From Candidatus Microgenomates bacterium (GTDB lineage: Bacteria > Patescibacteriota > Microgenomatia > UBA8517 > JACQJR01), in assembly GCA_016204995.1 (NCBI GenBank), contig JACQJR010000001.1:369132-433131 (forward strand): DNA of 64,000 bases, written 5' to 3'. Shown piece after piece: positions 54,681 through 63,387 of this stretch. Position 1 is the first letter of the stretch; the number at the start of each line of letters is the position of its first letter. The translations under genes were made by a program, and so were the position numbers. The notes below the pieces were generated by a model. It had not been told where the DNA came from and searched no databases. It saw nothing but the letters and a program-made list of their open reading frames with translations.

Positions 54681-55484
54681 TCAAAATAGCTTCAGAGAAA
54701 CGAGGACATGTTGGAAAGCATCGATCATGCTGCCGTCTTCAGCTAAATCGGTACTTGAGACGCCAGTAAGATTGGCCGTCAATACCAAGAACCTCCCTGT
54801 CCTTGGGAACGCCGCGTGGACGCTCTTTCCTAGAGCACCAGCTGTGAAGAAGTGTCCAGTTACGCCGCTGACCGTAACCTCTTTGCGGTTGGCAACGGTG
54901 GGATCATCTTCTGCAGGCAGTGTATACGAATCAGTCAACACAGCTTCAATGCATTTTGGGCCACCTGGTATCTGATCGCGCAAATTGGTAGTTGGAGGGC
55001 AAAGTCTAAAACCCTTCTGGTTCGGCTGCTCGATAGCAACCTTAATCCAGTCTTTGGGGTACTCAATCGAATATCCGCCTTGGTTGTCCGTAAAAGAAGT
55101 CCATGTTGGTTCTGTGAGCGGTTCGGACGGCAAGCTATAAGCGATGTAGCCGCCAGAGGGGTCTCTAAACATCAGGGAATTGGCCGTATCTCCCTGCTGC
55201 TCGACATCTTCTGTGGAAACAGGCTTCCACCGGGCAGACGGTACGGGAGAAGGACTTGATGATACTCTTTGTCCATGATTTTGGATCATCGTTCTATCGA
55301 CCGCTCGCCACCTAACATAGTCGACGGTACCAATAAGGAGAAGTATGCCAACGACTAGCAAAGGAAGAAACGTGGGAGAATGGGCTACGACGCCGAACAC
55401 CTTTCTCATGTGGCTTGTTGGTATGTTTTCCGAACTTTCATCGGGCTTTAGTAGGTTATTGAGGCTGTCATCGGGTGGTTCCAT
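54681..55484 (-). CDS. membrane-anchored hypothetical protein (inside the GC-rich insert)
   Basis: 267 aa; one TM near residue 40 to 60; higher-GC codon usage than the host. Confidence 0.4.
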   Translation of the reverse strand: MEPPDDSLNNLLKPDESSENIPTSHMRKVFGVVAHSPTFLPLLVVGILLLIGTVDYVRWRAVDRTMIQNHGQRVSSSPSPVPSARWKPVSTEDVEQQGDTANSLMFRDPSGGYIAYSLPSEPLTEPTWTSFTDNQGGYSIEYPKDWIKVAIEQPNQKGFRLCPPTTNLRDQIPGGPKCIEAVLTDSYTLPAEDDPTVANRKEVTVSGVTGHFFTAGALGKSVHAAFPRTGRFLVLTANLTGVSSTDLAEDGSMIDAFQHVLVSLKLF

Positions 55485-55510
55485 AGAAAACGATATGAAT
55501 ACTCATAATA

Positions 55511-55876
55511 TCACATGCTTTCAACAGATCCCGGATGTTCCCTGGTCGGCAGTATCTTACCCAATTCGGCAGCGATGTCATTGGTAGTAATATTCAGTTC
55601 GTCGCCAAAGGCACCCACAGTTCTGGCTGCTCTCATAGCAGCCTGACGCGCCCCTGCATTGACAGCTCCGGCGATTTCGGCCGGTGATCGTCCTGCCGCA
55701 ATTTCTACTAGGCGCTCCAGATCGACCAGGTCTGCCCCCGGCTTGCCGCTAAGATGAATTTTCAAGACAAGGCGCCTAGCATCCGGATCAGGTAATCCTA
55801 CTTCGACCTTACTATCGAAGCGGCCCGCGCGGAGCAGTGCCTCATCCAAATCGGACGGACGGTTTGTCGCTGCGAG
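55511..55876 (-). pseudogene. 5'-truncated AAA+ ATPase gene (FtsH/CDC48-type C-terminal fragment) cut at the 94-bp repeat
   Basis: the reading frame runs ...[22 protein letters not shown]... (AAA second region of homology and sensor) with no upstream Walker A or B; the upstream end is replaced by repeat sequence at 55877. Confidence 0.6.
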
Positions 55877-55970
55877 TGTAAGTTTGAAAAGTATTTTTAA
55901 CTAACTTTAGGTTCAATTTTACAAATTTTGATAAATTTTCGAACCTAAATCATTTTTCAAACTTACACTC
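55877..55970. repeat. 94-bp repeat element copy 2 (direct orientation)
   Basis: perfect copy of 53131-53224; flanked on the left by the truncated AAA gene and on the right by the truncated istA. Confidence 0.9.
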
Positions 55971-56956
55971 ATAACGATTTCGCAAATTATAAGCGTAGTA
56001 AACATATCGAAACTGGCCCAGGCGAACAAGCACAAGTTGATTGGGCAAGTTTTGGTAAAATTGAAATTAACGGTAAAGTAAAAAAAGAGAGATTGTCCTG
56101 TTTTGTCTACGTTTTAAGTTATAGTCGGGCTTTATATATTGAATTTACTATTAAACAAAACCTTCAGACTTTAGAAGAATGTCATCTCCATGCCTTTGAA
56201 GAATTGGGTATACCTAAAACTATTGTTTATGACAATATGAAGACCGTAGTTTTAAAAAGAGAAAAATTACCTAAAGATAAATCAATAATACATTACAATC
56301 CAGCATTTGCTGATTTTGCCCAACACTATGATTTCCATCTATGGGCTTGTACGCCTCATTTACCTCGGGCTAAGGGAAAAGTAGAAAGAACAATTAGGTA
56401 TATAAGAAGTAATTTTATGCAAGGTATTAAAGTCAGACGGCAAGGGCTATCTCTGGAAGAGTTAAATAAAAAGGCATTAACGTGGTTAGAAAATGAAGCT
56501 AATGTCAGAATACATAAAGCTACTAATGAACGGCCACTGGATAGTTGGAAACGAGAAAAACCCTATCTACGATTTCCCAAAGATTATCATCCCTATACTA
56601 CCTCACCTTTCATAGTAAGATACAGCACTAAAGACGGAATGGTGCAATATAAATCAAACTTTTACTCCATACCAACAAAATTTTCTAGGAAAAAGCTCTT
56701 GGTAAGAGAAATAAACAAAAATGGCATGATTTTTCTAGAAATTTATCATGAAGATCAACTTATCACTGCTCATGGATTAAATAGAGATCGTGGACAATGG
56801 ATTACACAAGACCAACACCTTTTATCTGAAAACAAAACATCGCCTAAAAGAAAAATCAAGAAAAATTTATTTCACAAAGCAAAAATACAAAAAATAAAAG
56901 ATTTTACCAGAGGATTTGAGTACTACGAAAGGATAATTTCTACCTATAATGTCTAA
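55971..56956 (+). pseudogene. istA: IS21 transposase IstA, N-terminally truncated
   Basis: the open frame from 55971 reads ...KHIETGPGEQAQVDWASFGKIEINGKVKKERLSCFVYVLSYSRALY... (IS21 DDE region) with no start codon or HTH domain; the ORF track starts at a TTG at 56093. Confidence 0.75.
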
Positions 56957-57758
56957 GTCAAAATCTAATCAGTCTTATATTATTCCCGATGGTTTAAAGC
57001 AAAAGGAAAAAATAGATGTTGGGTTAAAGTTATTGAAGCTAGAAGGAATGAGATTTTCTTTTGATGCCTTAGCGCGGGACTATATTAAACAACAAAAAAC
57101 ATCTTATGATTTTTTGGAAAGCTTAACAGAGATTGAGTGTTCATGGAAACATGATAACAGAGTTGAATATTTAATTAAAAATGCCCGCTTTCCATTTATT
57201 AGAAGTATTTATGATTTTGATTTTGATTTTCAACCTAATATTAATAAACAACAAATAATGGAACTTGCTTCCTGCAGGTTTATTGAGCGGGGAGAAAATA
57301 TTATTTTTCTAGGTAAATCTGGAGTAGGTAAAACTCATTTAATTATTTCCTTGGGTATGGAGGCTATTGATAAATTATATTCTGTGCGTTATTTGCACAT
57401 CGGTGATCTAATTGAATCAATAAATAGAACTACAAATAACGGTGACGATTTATATAAACTTCTCAAGAATTTGCTACGCTTCAGATTACTTATTCTTGAC
57501 GAAATGAATCCTTATAACGTAAGTCCAGAATCAAGTAAGTTTTTATTCAAATTATTATGGGAACGTCACGAACAAAGACGTTCTACAATTTTTGCTTCTA
57601 ATCACGATCTTAAAGAGTGGGTTGTATTATTCGGGAGCAAAAATCGAGCCGAGGCAGTGATGGACCGTATTTTAACCCGCCAGATGTATGAAATTATTAC
57701 TATCGAAGGACCTTCTCACCGAGCCGAAAGAGGAGAAAATAGCCTAAAACTGCTTTAA
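56949..57758 (+). CDS. istB: IS21 helper ATPase IstB
   Basis: 269 aa; Walker A FLGKSGVGKTHL, Walker B LLILDEM; overlaps the istA stop. Confidence 0.8.
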   Translation: MSKSKSNQSYIIPDGLKQKEKIDVGLKLLKLEGMRFSFDALARDYIKQQKTSYDFLESLTEIECSWKHDNRVEYLIKNARFPFIRSIYDFDFDFQPNINKQQIMELASCRFIERGENIIFLGKSGVGKTHLIISLGMEAIDKLYSVRYLHIGDLIESINRTTNNGDDLYKLLKNLLRFRLLILDEMNPYNVSPESSKFLFKLLWERHEQRRSTIFASNHDLKEWVVLFGSKNRAEAVMDRILTRQMYEIITIEGPSHRAERGENSLKLL

Positions 57759-57767
57759 AGAAGTAAA

Positions 57768-58424
57768 TTATTCTAAAGATTTACCGCTAATTTCCTTTGC
57801 TTTCTGTCTGAAAAATGAACGCAACTCCTCCAAAGTTAATAGCTTAATCATCTCGGGCAGAAAATCAAAAGTTTCTACTTTTAACAAATCAGCTCCTACA
57901 ACAAAAGGATCCATTTTAACCTTAAATTTTACTCGTACTCCTTCTAATAAATCCCAAATAGTGAATTCTTTTAATAAGAAATAAAGATCAGCAAAATCTT
58001 TGACTTCAGTCCTTTGTTCTATTGCTAATAGTTTATTAATGGATATATCTAACAGTGAATCAATAGCCAGATTATCTACTATCTTACTCTTCTCTACTCG
58101 CTTATAAGGATAAAAGGCAAAATCAACTTTGACAGTCCGTTTGTCTGAAAAAATTAGGTTAAATATCTGGGTATTTTCTACTGCTAGATAATCAACTATA
58201 AAATGTAATTTTTTCTCCCAGAGAGTCATCTTGTCTAAGATAACTTGCGGATCAAATTTCTCTTGGCTGAAAAAATCAAGATCAATAGACTTACGATGTT
58301 GCAGATAATATAAACTTAAAGCTGTCCCGCCTGTAAAATAAAAAATGGAAGAAAGAAAGCGGTCTTTTCTAACTTCATCTAGTAACAATTCCTGCTCGGG
58401 GGTAATAATTCTTACTTGCCCCAT
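57768..58424 (-). CDS. AbiEii/AbiGii-family nucleotidyltransferase toxin (type IV toxin-antitoxin)
   Basis: 218 aa; FYFTGGTALSLYYLQHRKSIDLDFF matches the AbiEii NTase motif hGGTAL...R.S.DLD. Confidence 0.7.
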   Translation of the reverse strand: MGQVRIITPEQELLLDEVRKDRFLSSIFYFTGGTALSLYYLQHRKSIDLDFFSQEKFDPQVILDKMTLWEKKLHFIVDYLAVENTQIFNLIFSDKRTVKVDFAFYPYKRVEKSKIVDNLAIDSLLDISINKLLAIEQRTEVKDFADLYFLLKEFTIWDLLEGVRVKFKVKMDPFVVGADLLKVETFDFLPEMIKLLTLEELRSFFRQKAKEISGKSLE

Positions 58425-58606
58425 ATTAATAACTCTAGTAATCGTTTACGTGTGGGGAAAAGATGAAGATTTTTCCAGTTTTTTTTCACCTGGGATAAAT
58501 TAATTTTCTCCTTTCCGGGACCATAATTAATCATTCTTTCCAAAAGGAGAATTTTTCCTTTTTCGCTTTGCTCAAGTTTCTTTCTGTTATAATCCCACAG
58601 CCACAT
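58412..58606 (-). CDS. small ORF upstream of and overlapping AbiEii; possible minimal AbiEi-like antitoxin remnant
   Basis: 64 aa, basic; position and 13-nt overlap are consistent with an antitoxin partner, but it is much shorter than the roughly 200 aa of a canonical AbiEi. Confidence 0.25.
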   Translation of the reverse strand: MWLWDYNRKKLEQSEKGKILLLERMINYGPGKEKINLSQVKKNWKNLHLFPTRKRLLELLIWGK

Positions 58607-58800
58607 ATCTTTTTTTATTATACTACAAAATCTAATGTTGCAAAAAAATTTACCAAAACCGCTTCAAAGTAATCCTAGACAAACATAGTTTCACTTCATA
58701 TACTGCGTTTAGTAATTAGTAATGAGAGCTGAGAGGTTGGTAAAATAAAACATTCAACTACTAAACTCTAACCTCTAAACTACTAACTACTCATTGACCC

Positions 58801-59337
58801 ATGCCTGTCCGGAAAAAATCAATCAGCCTGCTACCACAAGATGAGTTTGCCGCCTCACCCTTAGGTAGAGTATTGACTTGGGCATTAGGCGCCGGCCGAG
58901 TTATCGTCATTATCACCGAACTGGCAGTCATTTTAGCTTTCCTTTCCCGCTTCTGGCTGGATCGCCGGCTGACTGACTTAAACGAACAAATTGACGCTAA
59001 ATCCCATCTGGTTGCCGCCAGCAGCAACTTTGAAAATCAATTTCGCAGTTTACAAAATCGTATCAATCTAGTAGCTCAAAAACAGAATAAAGACGATTTA
59101 TTTAAAATCGTAAACAATATTGTTACTCTGATTCCCCCAGAAGTAAAACTAACTCAACTTACCGTCAACCAAGAAGACATCCAAATTACCGGTTTAGGCC
59201 TGTCGGAAAACGGCATTGCCAGGTTTTTAAATAAACTAAACAATGCCAAGCTGGGAGAAGCCAAACTAACTCAATTAGCTACCGGCGAGCAGGAATCAGG
59301 CATTAAATTTAGTCTGGTGATTAATACTAAACATTAA
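58801..59337 (+). CDS. pilN: type IV pilus assembly protein PilN-like
   Basis: 178 aa; N-terminal ISLLPQDE motif (PilN INLLP signature), then a TM and periplasmic coiled coil. Confidence 0.6.
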   Translation: MPVRKKSISLLPQDEFAASPLGRVLTWALGAGRVIVIITELAVILAFLSRFWLDRRLTDLNEQIDAKSHLVAASSNFENQFRSLQNRINLVAQKQNKDDLFKIVNNIVTLIPPEVKLTQLTVNQEDIQITGLGLSENGIARFLNKLNNAKLGEAKLTQLATGEQESGIKFSLVINTKH

Positions 59338-59338
59338 C

Positions 59339-59950
59339 ATGCAAAAATCCTGGCGAGCGAGTTACCAAAGATATTTGAAGCTGTTAAGTTTAACCTGGCA
59401 AAAGCGACAAGATATCCGGGCTTATATTGGCATTTTGTTATCTTTATCTGCCATTTCCTTCTTTGGCGCTTTCGCTCTGCGCCCTACCCTAATTACTATT
59501 GGAGAGCTGGTTAGTCAAATTAAAACCCAAAAAGAAACTCTCGCCCAACTTGATCAAAAGGTCCAAAATCTGCAAACAGCCAGCACTAATTTTAATAAAG
59601 TCAAAAGCGATTTAGGTTTAGTTGATCAAGCCATGCCTGCCAGTCCTAAACCAGATGCCTTTTTGAGACAGATAGAGGCCTTAGCCGCCCAAGAAGGAGT
59701 GGCAGTGCAGGATACAAACATAGAAAAAATTATCCTTAAGGGAGAACAAAAATCAAATCCGCCTACTTTCAAAATAACTTTTACCACTGACGGAGAATAT
59801 ATTAATACCGTCTCTTTTTTGCATAAATTGGTGAGTCTTAGACGGGAACTAACGTGGGATTCGCTCACTTTAGGAGCCAAAGCCGGTGCTGACGAGGGTG
59901 GCAGACCAATTTCGCTGACTATTTCCGGCCAGTTAGTTTTTGTACCATGA
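59339..59950 (+). CDS. pilO: type IV pilus assembly protein PilO-like
   Basis: 203 aa; single TM then coiled coil LAQLDQKVQNLQTAS...; immediately after the pilN-like gene. Confidence 0.5.
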   Translation: MQKSWRASYQRYLKLLSLTWQKRQDIRAYIGILLSLSAISFFGAFALRPTLITIGELVSQIKTQKETLAQLDQKVQNLQTASTNFNKVKSDLGLVDQAMPASPKPDAFLRQIEALAAQEGVAVQDTNIEKIILKGEQKSNPPTFKITFTTDGEYINTVSFLHKLVSLRRELTWDSLTLGAKAGADEGGRPISLTISGQLVFVP

Positions 59951-60165
59951 AAAAAACATCTCAACCCAGAATTGTCACTTTTGCCTTGTTAACTACCATT
60001 ACTATGCTCACCTGGGTAACTTTTGAAGTCTGGCATTCTTTTAACAAACCAGCTCCAATCCAAGTGGAACAAAAGCTGCTGGCGCCTCTTAATCCTCAAT
60101 TAGATACTAAAACTATAGAAGAACTACGGGATAAATTATTTTTTGAAGGAGGAGTAAACCCATGA
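59947..60165 (+). CDS. small membrane protein in the pilus-like cluster
   Basis: 72 aa with one TM; translationally coupled to its neighbours by overlaps. Confidence 0.35.
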   Translation: MKKTSQPRIVTFALLTTITMLTWVTFEVWHSFNKPAPIQVEQKLLAPLNPQLDTKTIEELRDKLFFEGGVNP

Positions 60166-61580
60166 GGAAAGAACGGACTATTCCCACCGTCATTGGTCTA
60201 GTGTTACTGCTGGCCGGGGTAGGAATTTCCGTTCTGCTAGTTCAGCGCCAGCAGTTTTTTAAACTAACGGCGGCGCCGGAAATTACCCCCAAAGATGTCA
60301 GAATCACCAATGTAACTGATGGCGGCTTTACTGTTTCCTGGATGACAGACAAAGAAACCATCGGTTTTGTTTCCTTTGGCGATTCCACCTCATTGGGTCA
60401 GATAGCCCAAGATGATCAAGGGACCAAGAGTTCTCCCTTACACCATGTTACCATCTCCAATTTATCTACCAATACTCGCTACTTTTTCAAAATCGGCTCC
60501 GATCGCGACACCTTTGACCAGGATGGGAAGCCGTGGGAGCAAAAAACCGCGACACAACTTTCACCTCGGACAGCCGATGTCATCTCCGGTACTGTCAAAA
60601 ATAGCCAAGGCGCGCCGGCAAGCGACGCTTTAGTCTATGTCACCCTGCCGCAAGCCGCCCCTCTCTCTACCACCACCGATAGTTCCGGTAGTTTTTCTTT
60701 GTCACTGGCCCCTGCCCGCACCACCAATTTATCTTCCTATGTCACCTACGATAAAAATAATGCCCTCTTGTCTATTTTCGTCCAGGCAGGAAGCGGTCAA
60801 GTATCTTCGGCCCAAGTAGCAGCCGCTAGCGCTCACCCTGTCCCGCCTTTAATTTTGGGCCAGACTCATGATTTTCGTCGCTTAAGCCAGACTGGCGAAG
60901 CTACCTCTCCCGGCGCTGATTTAGCCTTACCATCGGCAGCGCCGACTGCTTCGCCCGAAAGCGCCAGCTCGGGTTTTAATTTAAACCCGATTGCTTCCAG
61001 CTCGCCCGCACCCTCGGTAGATAAACTAACTATTGATAATCCCAAAGAGGGAGAAAATATCAGCACTAAAACTCCGGAGTTTCGTGGTCAGGGTCCTAAA
61101 GGCGTTAAAGTTAACTTAACTCTTAACTCCACTACCCCCATCACCGGTACCGCCACAGTAGCCGCAAATGGCACTTGGACCTGGACGCCGCCCCAAACCT
61201 TAACTACCGGTAGTCACATCCTAATTGCCACTCTTACCGATAGCAAAGGTCAAAAACAAACCACTTCGCGCAATTTTAGCGTCTTAGCCAAAGCGGCTAA
61301 TTTACCAGCTTTTACCGCCACCGGTTCGGCTCAAGCCAGCCCCGGTCCAACCGGGGCCAGTCCCAGTGCCACGCCTCGCGTTACTGCTAGTCCTTCTGCT
61401 TCACCTCGAGCTAGTATTATACCCACTGTGGCCCCTCGCATCTCTATGCCTTCTACCGAATCTGGGGTACCCGTTTCTGGCGACTTGACAAATACTATTG
61501 CAGTTTTCATACTGGGTATAACCTCCATTTTTGGAGGGGCTCTCTTGTTCATAAAAACAAGAGGGAATAATTACCAATAA
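60162..61580 (+). CDS. cell-surface protein: N-terminal signal anchor, FN3-like domain, carboxypeptidase-regulatory-like domain, Thr/Ser/Pro-rich spacers, C-terminal TM plus basic tail (sortase-substrate-like architecture)
   Basis: 472 aa; VRITNVTDGGFTVSWMTDKETIGFVSFG (FN3/purple-acid-phosphatase N-terminal-like); ISGTVKNSQGAPASDALVYV (CarboxypepD_reg-like); C-terminus ...VPVSGDLTNTIAVFILGITSIFGGALLFIKTRGNNYQ. Confidence 0.55.
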   Translation: MRKERTIPTVIGLVLLLAGVGISVLLVQRQQFFKLTAAPEITPKDVRITNVTDGGFTVSWMTDKETIGFVSFGDSTSLGQIAQDDQGTKSSPLHHVTISNLSTNTRYFFKIGSDRDTFDQDGKPWEQKTATQLSPRTADVISGTVKNSQGAPASDALVYVTLPQAAPLSTTTDSSGSFSLSLAPARTTNLSSYVTYDKNNALLSIFVQAGSGQVSSAQVAAASAHPVPPLILGQTHDFRRLSQTGEATSPGADLALPSAAPTASPESASSGFNLNPIASSSPAPSVDKLTIDNPKEGENISTKTPEFRGQGPKGVKVNLTLNSTTPITGTATVAANGTWTWTPPQTLTTGSHILIATLTDSKGQKQTTSRNFSVLAKAANLPAFTATGSAQASPGPTGASPSATPRVTASPSASPRASIIPTVAPRISMPSTESGVPVSGDLTNTIAVFILGITSIFGGALLFIKTRGNNYQ

Positions 61581-61663
61581 TTACCAATATCCGATAATAC
61601 CAATGCATCAATCATTGGAAATTGGACATTTGAAATTGGTAGTATTGGTATTATTTTATTATT

Positions 61664-63382
61664 ATGCCCGACGAATCTGCCCAGAAGCCTGTTTCACCCG
61701 CTAGTCCTACAGTCGGACCGGCTACCCCGCCTCCTGTCCATGAACCCATCACTCCTAACTCTGAACCATCTATGCCGGAAGCAACCCACGATTTCCCGAC
61801 GATTCCCACTTCAGAACAAACTATTCCTACCATGCCGCCAACAGATCCCACTTCCCCTCCCTTCGGCTCCAGTTCGACTTCGCTCACTGCGGGCGCTCAG
61901 GGCCTGCGGCCTACTGCACAACCGGCACCAGCCGCTCCCAATTTTAGCCCGGGCGGCATCCCGCCTGTCATTACTCCACCCTCGCCCCGCCGGCCCAAAG
62001 CCAAAATTGTCGGAGCGATACTGGCTTTATTGATTTTAGTGGTGGGTATTCCGGTCGGAGTTTTTTTAGTCCAGCAAAATCAAGAAGTCCGCGAAAAAGC
62101 TTCTACTTGTCAAGATGATTGTAACAGCGCGCTCACTAGTTGTAATAATCAATGTAATCAAAATTTTGACAGCTGTACGGGCACTTGTGGGCCTGCAGAT
62201 GGCTCTACAGAATACGAAAGCTGCTATGGCGCTTGTCAAGGTGCACAAAACAGTTGCAATAGTGGGTGTGGTGGCGAATTTGATTTTTGTCTCACTTCTT
62301 GCGGCAGCACCACTTGTCCTGACGGCATTTGCAGCGATGAAGAATTTAATAATGGTTCCTGTGCTCAAGACTGCGGTTCGCCTGGATCAAACGTCTGCGG
62401 CGATGGAACCTGTAGCGATGAAGAATTTAATAACAACAATTGTCCTCAAGATTGTACGCCAACCGATGGGGACGGGGATGGTGGGGGTGGAGAAAGTAAC
62501 TATTGTATAGAAGCTGGGTATCATCAATGCACTCCTGGTAGCCCAGCCGGAACTTGTACCAATAATGGTCAAACCTGTACCTCTTATGAGCATTATGCCT
62601 GTAATTATGGAGGGCAGAATTACTGCGACGCACCGATTTGCGATACCAATTCTTGTGGTGGTGGAGATGACGGCGGAGGTGGTGGAGGCTGCCAATACAA
62701 TAACGCCTATGATGCCGGCTTATTAGCCGACAAACCAAATCCTAATGACCAATGCGGCACTCAAGATGGCATTTATTGTAACAATGGCAATACTAATTTC
62801 TGTTGTTACGGCGATGGAAATTGTTTTGCAGGCCAGCAAGGATCCTGTACTAATAACGGCAATGGCAGTATCACCACTACTCAATCTGCCCAAATTATTG
62901 AATTCTCGTGTCCCGGCCAGACTTCAGCGACGGGCAGCTGTTCGGAAAATCAAACCTCTAAAGGTAATCAACCGGCCGGCACTTACACCACGGGCGGCAG
63001 CGGCTGCGGCGGCTTCCAGATAGATGCAGTGGGTCTGTGCGGCAGCTATAAATTTGTTTCCTGCGGGGGCGGTGGCGAGCCAGAGGTTAACAATCAATGT
63101 TTGAACATTAAAGCTTATGATACTAATTGGAAACAGCTGTCAACCAGTGAACTGGCTCAACTTAAAGTGGGAGATCAAATTCGGGTGGCGGTTAACGGCA
63201 ATACTACTTCCGGGACGTTAAATAAAGCCAGATTTAGAATTAATAATAGTTCGTCCTGGCAAGAAACTACGGCTAAAAATCCCAACGGCGAATTCTATAT
63301 TTCCGTGACTATTTCTCAAGGACCACCTACTTGGAAATTTGATGCCCAATTACATCATCAAGAAAGTGATACTTGGTTCTAA
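61664..63382 (+). CDS. type II membrane protein with Pro-rich N-terminal cytoplasmic region, one TM, and a very cysteine-rich repeat ectodomain (about 70 Cys) ending in a beta-rich C-terminal domain
   Basis: 572 aa; TM IVGAILALLILVVGIPVGVFLV; repeated units CPDGICSDEEFNNGSCAQDCGSP and CGDGTCSDEEFNNNNCPQDCTPT plus many CxxxC pairs; Gly-rich spacers. Confidence 0.6.
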   Translation: MPDESAQKPVSPASPTVGPATPPPVHEPITPNSEPSMPEATHDFPTIPTSEQTIPTMPPTDPTSPPFGSSSTSLTAGAQGLRPTAQPAPAAPNFSPGGIPPVITPPSPRRPKAKIVGAILALLILVVGIPVGVFLVQQNQEVREKASTCQDDCNSALTSCNNQCNQNFDSCTGTCGPADGSTEYESCYGACQGAQNSCNSGCGGEFDFCLTSCGSTTCPDGICSDEEFNNGSCAQDCGSPGSNVCGDGTCSDEEFNNNNCPQDCTPTDGDGDGGGGESNYCIEAGYHQCTPGSPAGTCTNNGQTCTSYEHYACNYGGQNYCDAPICDTNSCGGGDDGGGGGGCQYNNAYDAGLLADKPNPNDQCGTQDGIYCNNGNTNFCCYGDGNCFAGQQGSCTNNGNGSITTTQSAQIIEFSCPGQTSATGSCSENQTSKGNQPAGTYTTGGSGCGGFQIDAVGLCGSYKFVSCGGGGEPEVNNQCLNIKAYDTNWKQLSTSELAQLKVGDQIRVAVNGNTTSGTLNKARFRINNSSSWQETTAKNPNGEFYISVTISQGPPTWKFDAQLHHQESDTWF

Positions 63383-63387
63383 AAAAT

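Larger units (their letters stand above)
55971..57765 (+). mobile_element. IS21-family insertion sequence, 5'-truncated (istA lacks its N-terminal HTH part; istB complete)
   Basis: AT-rich (about 30% GC) versus the host at about 42%; istA then an overlapping istB arrangement typical of IS21; the left end abuts the 94-bp repeat. Confidence 0.75.
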
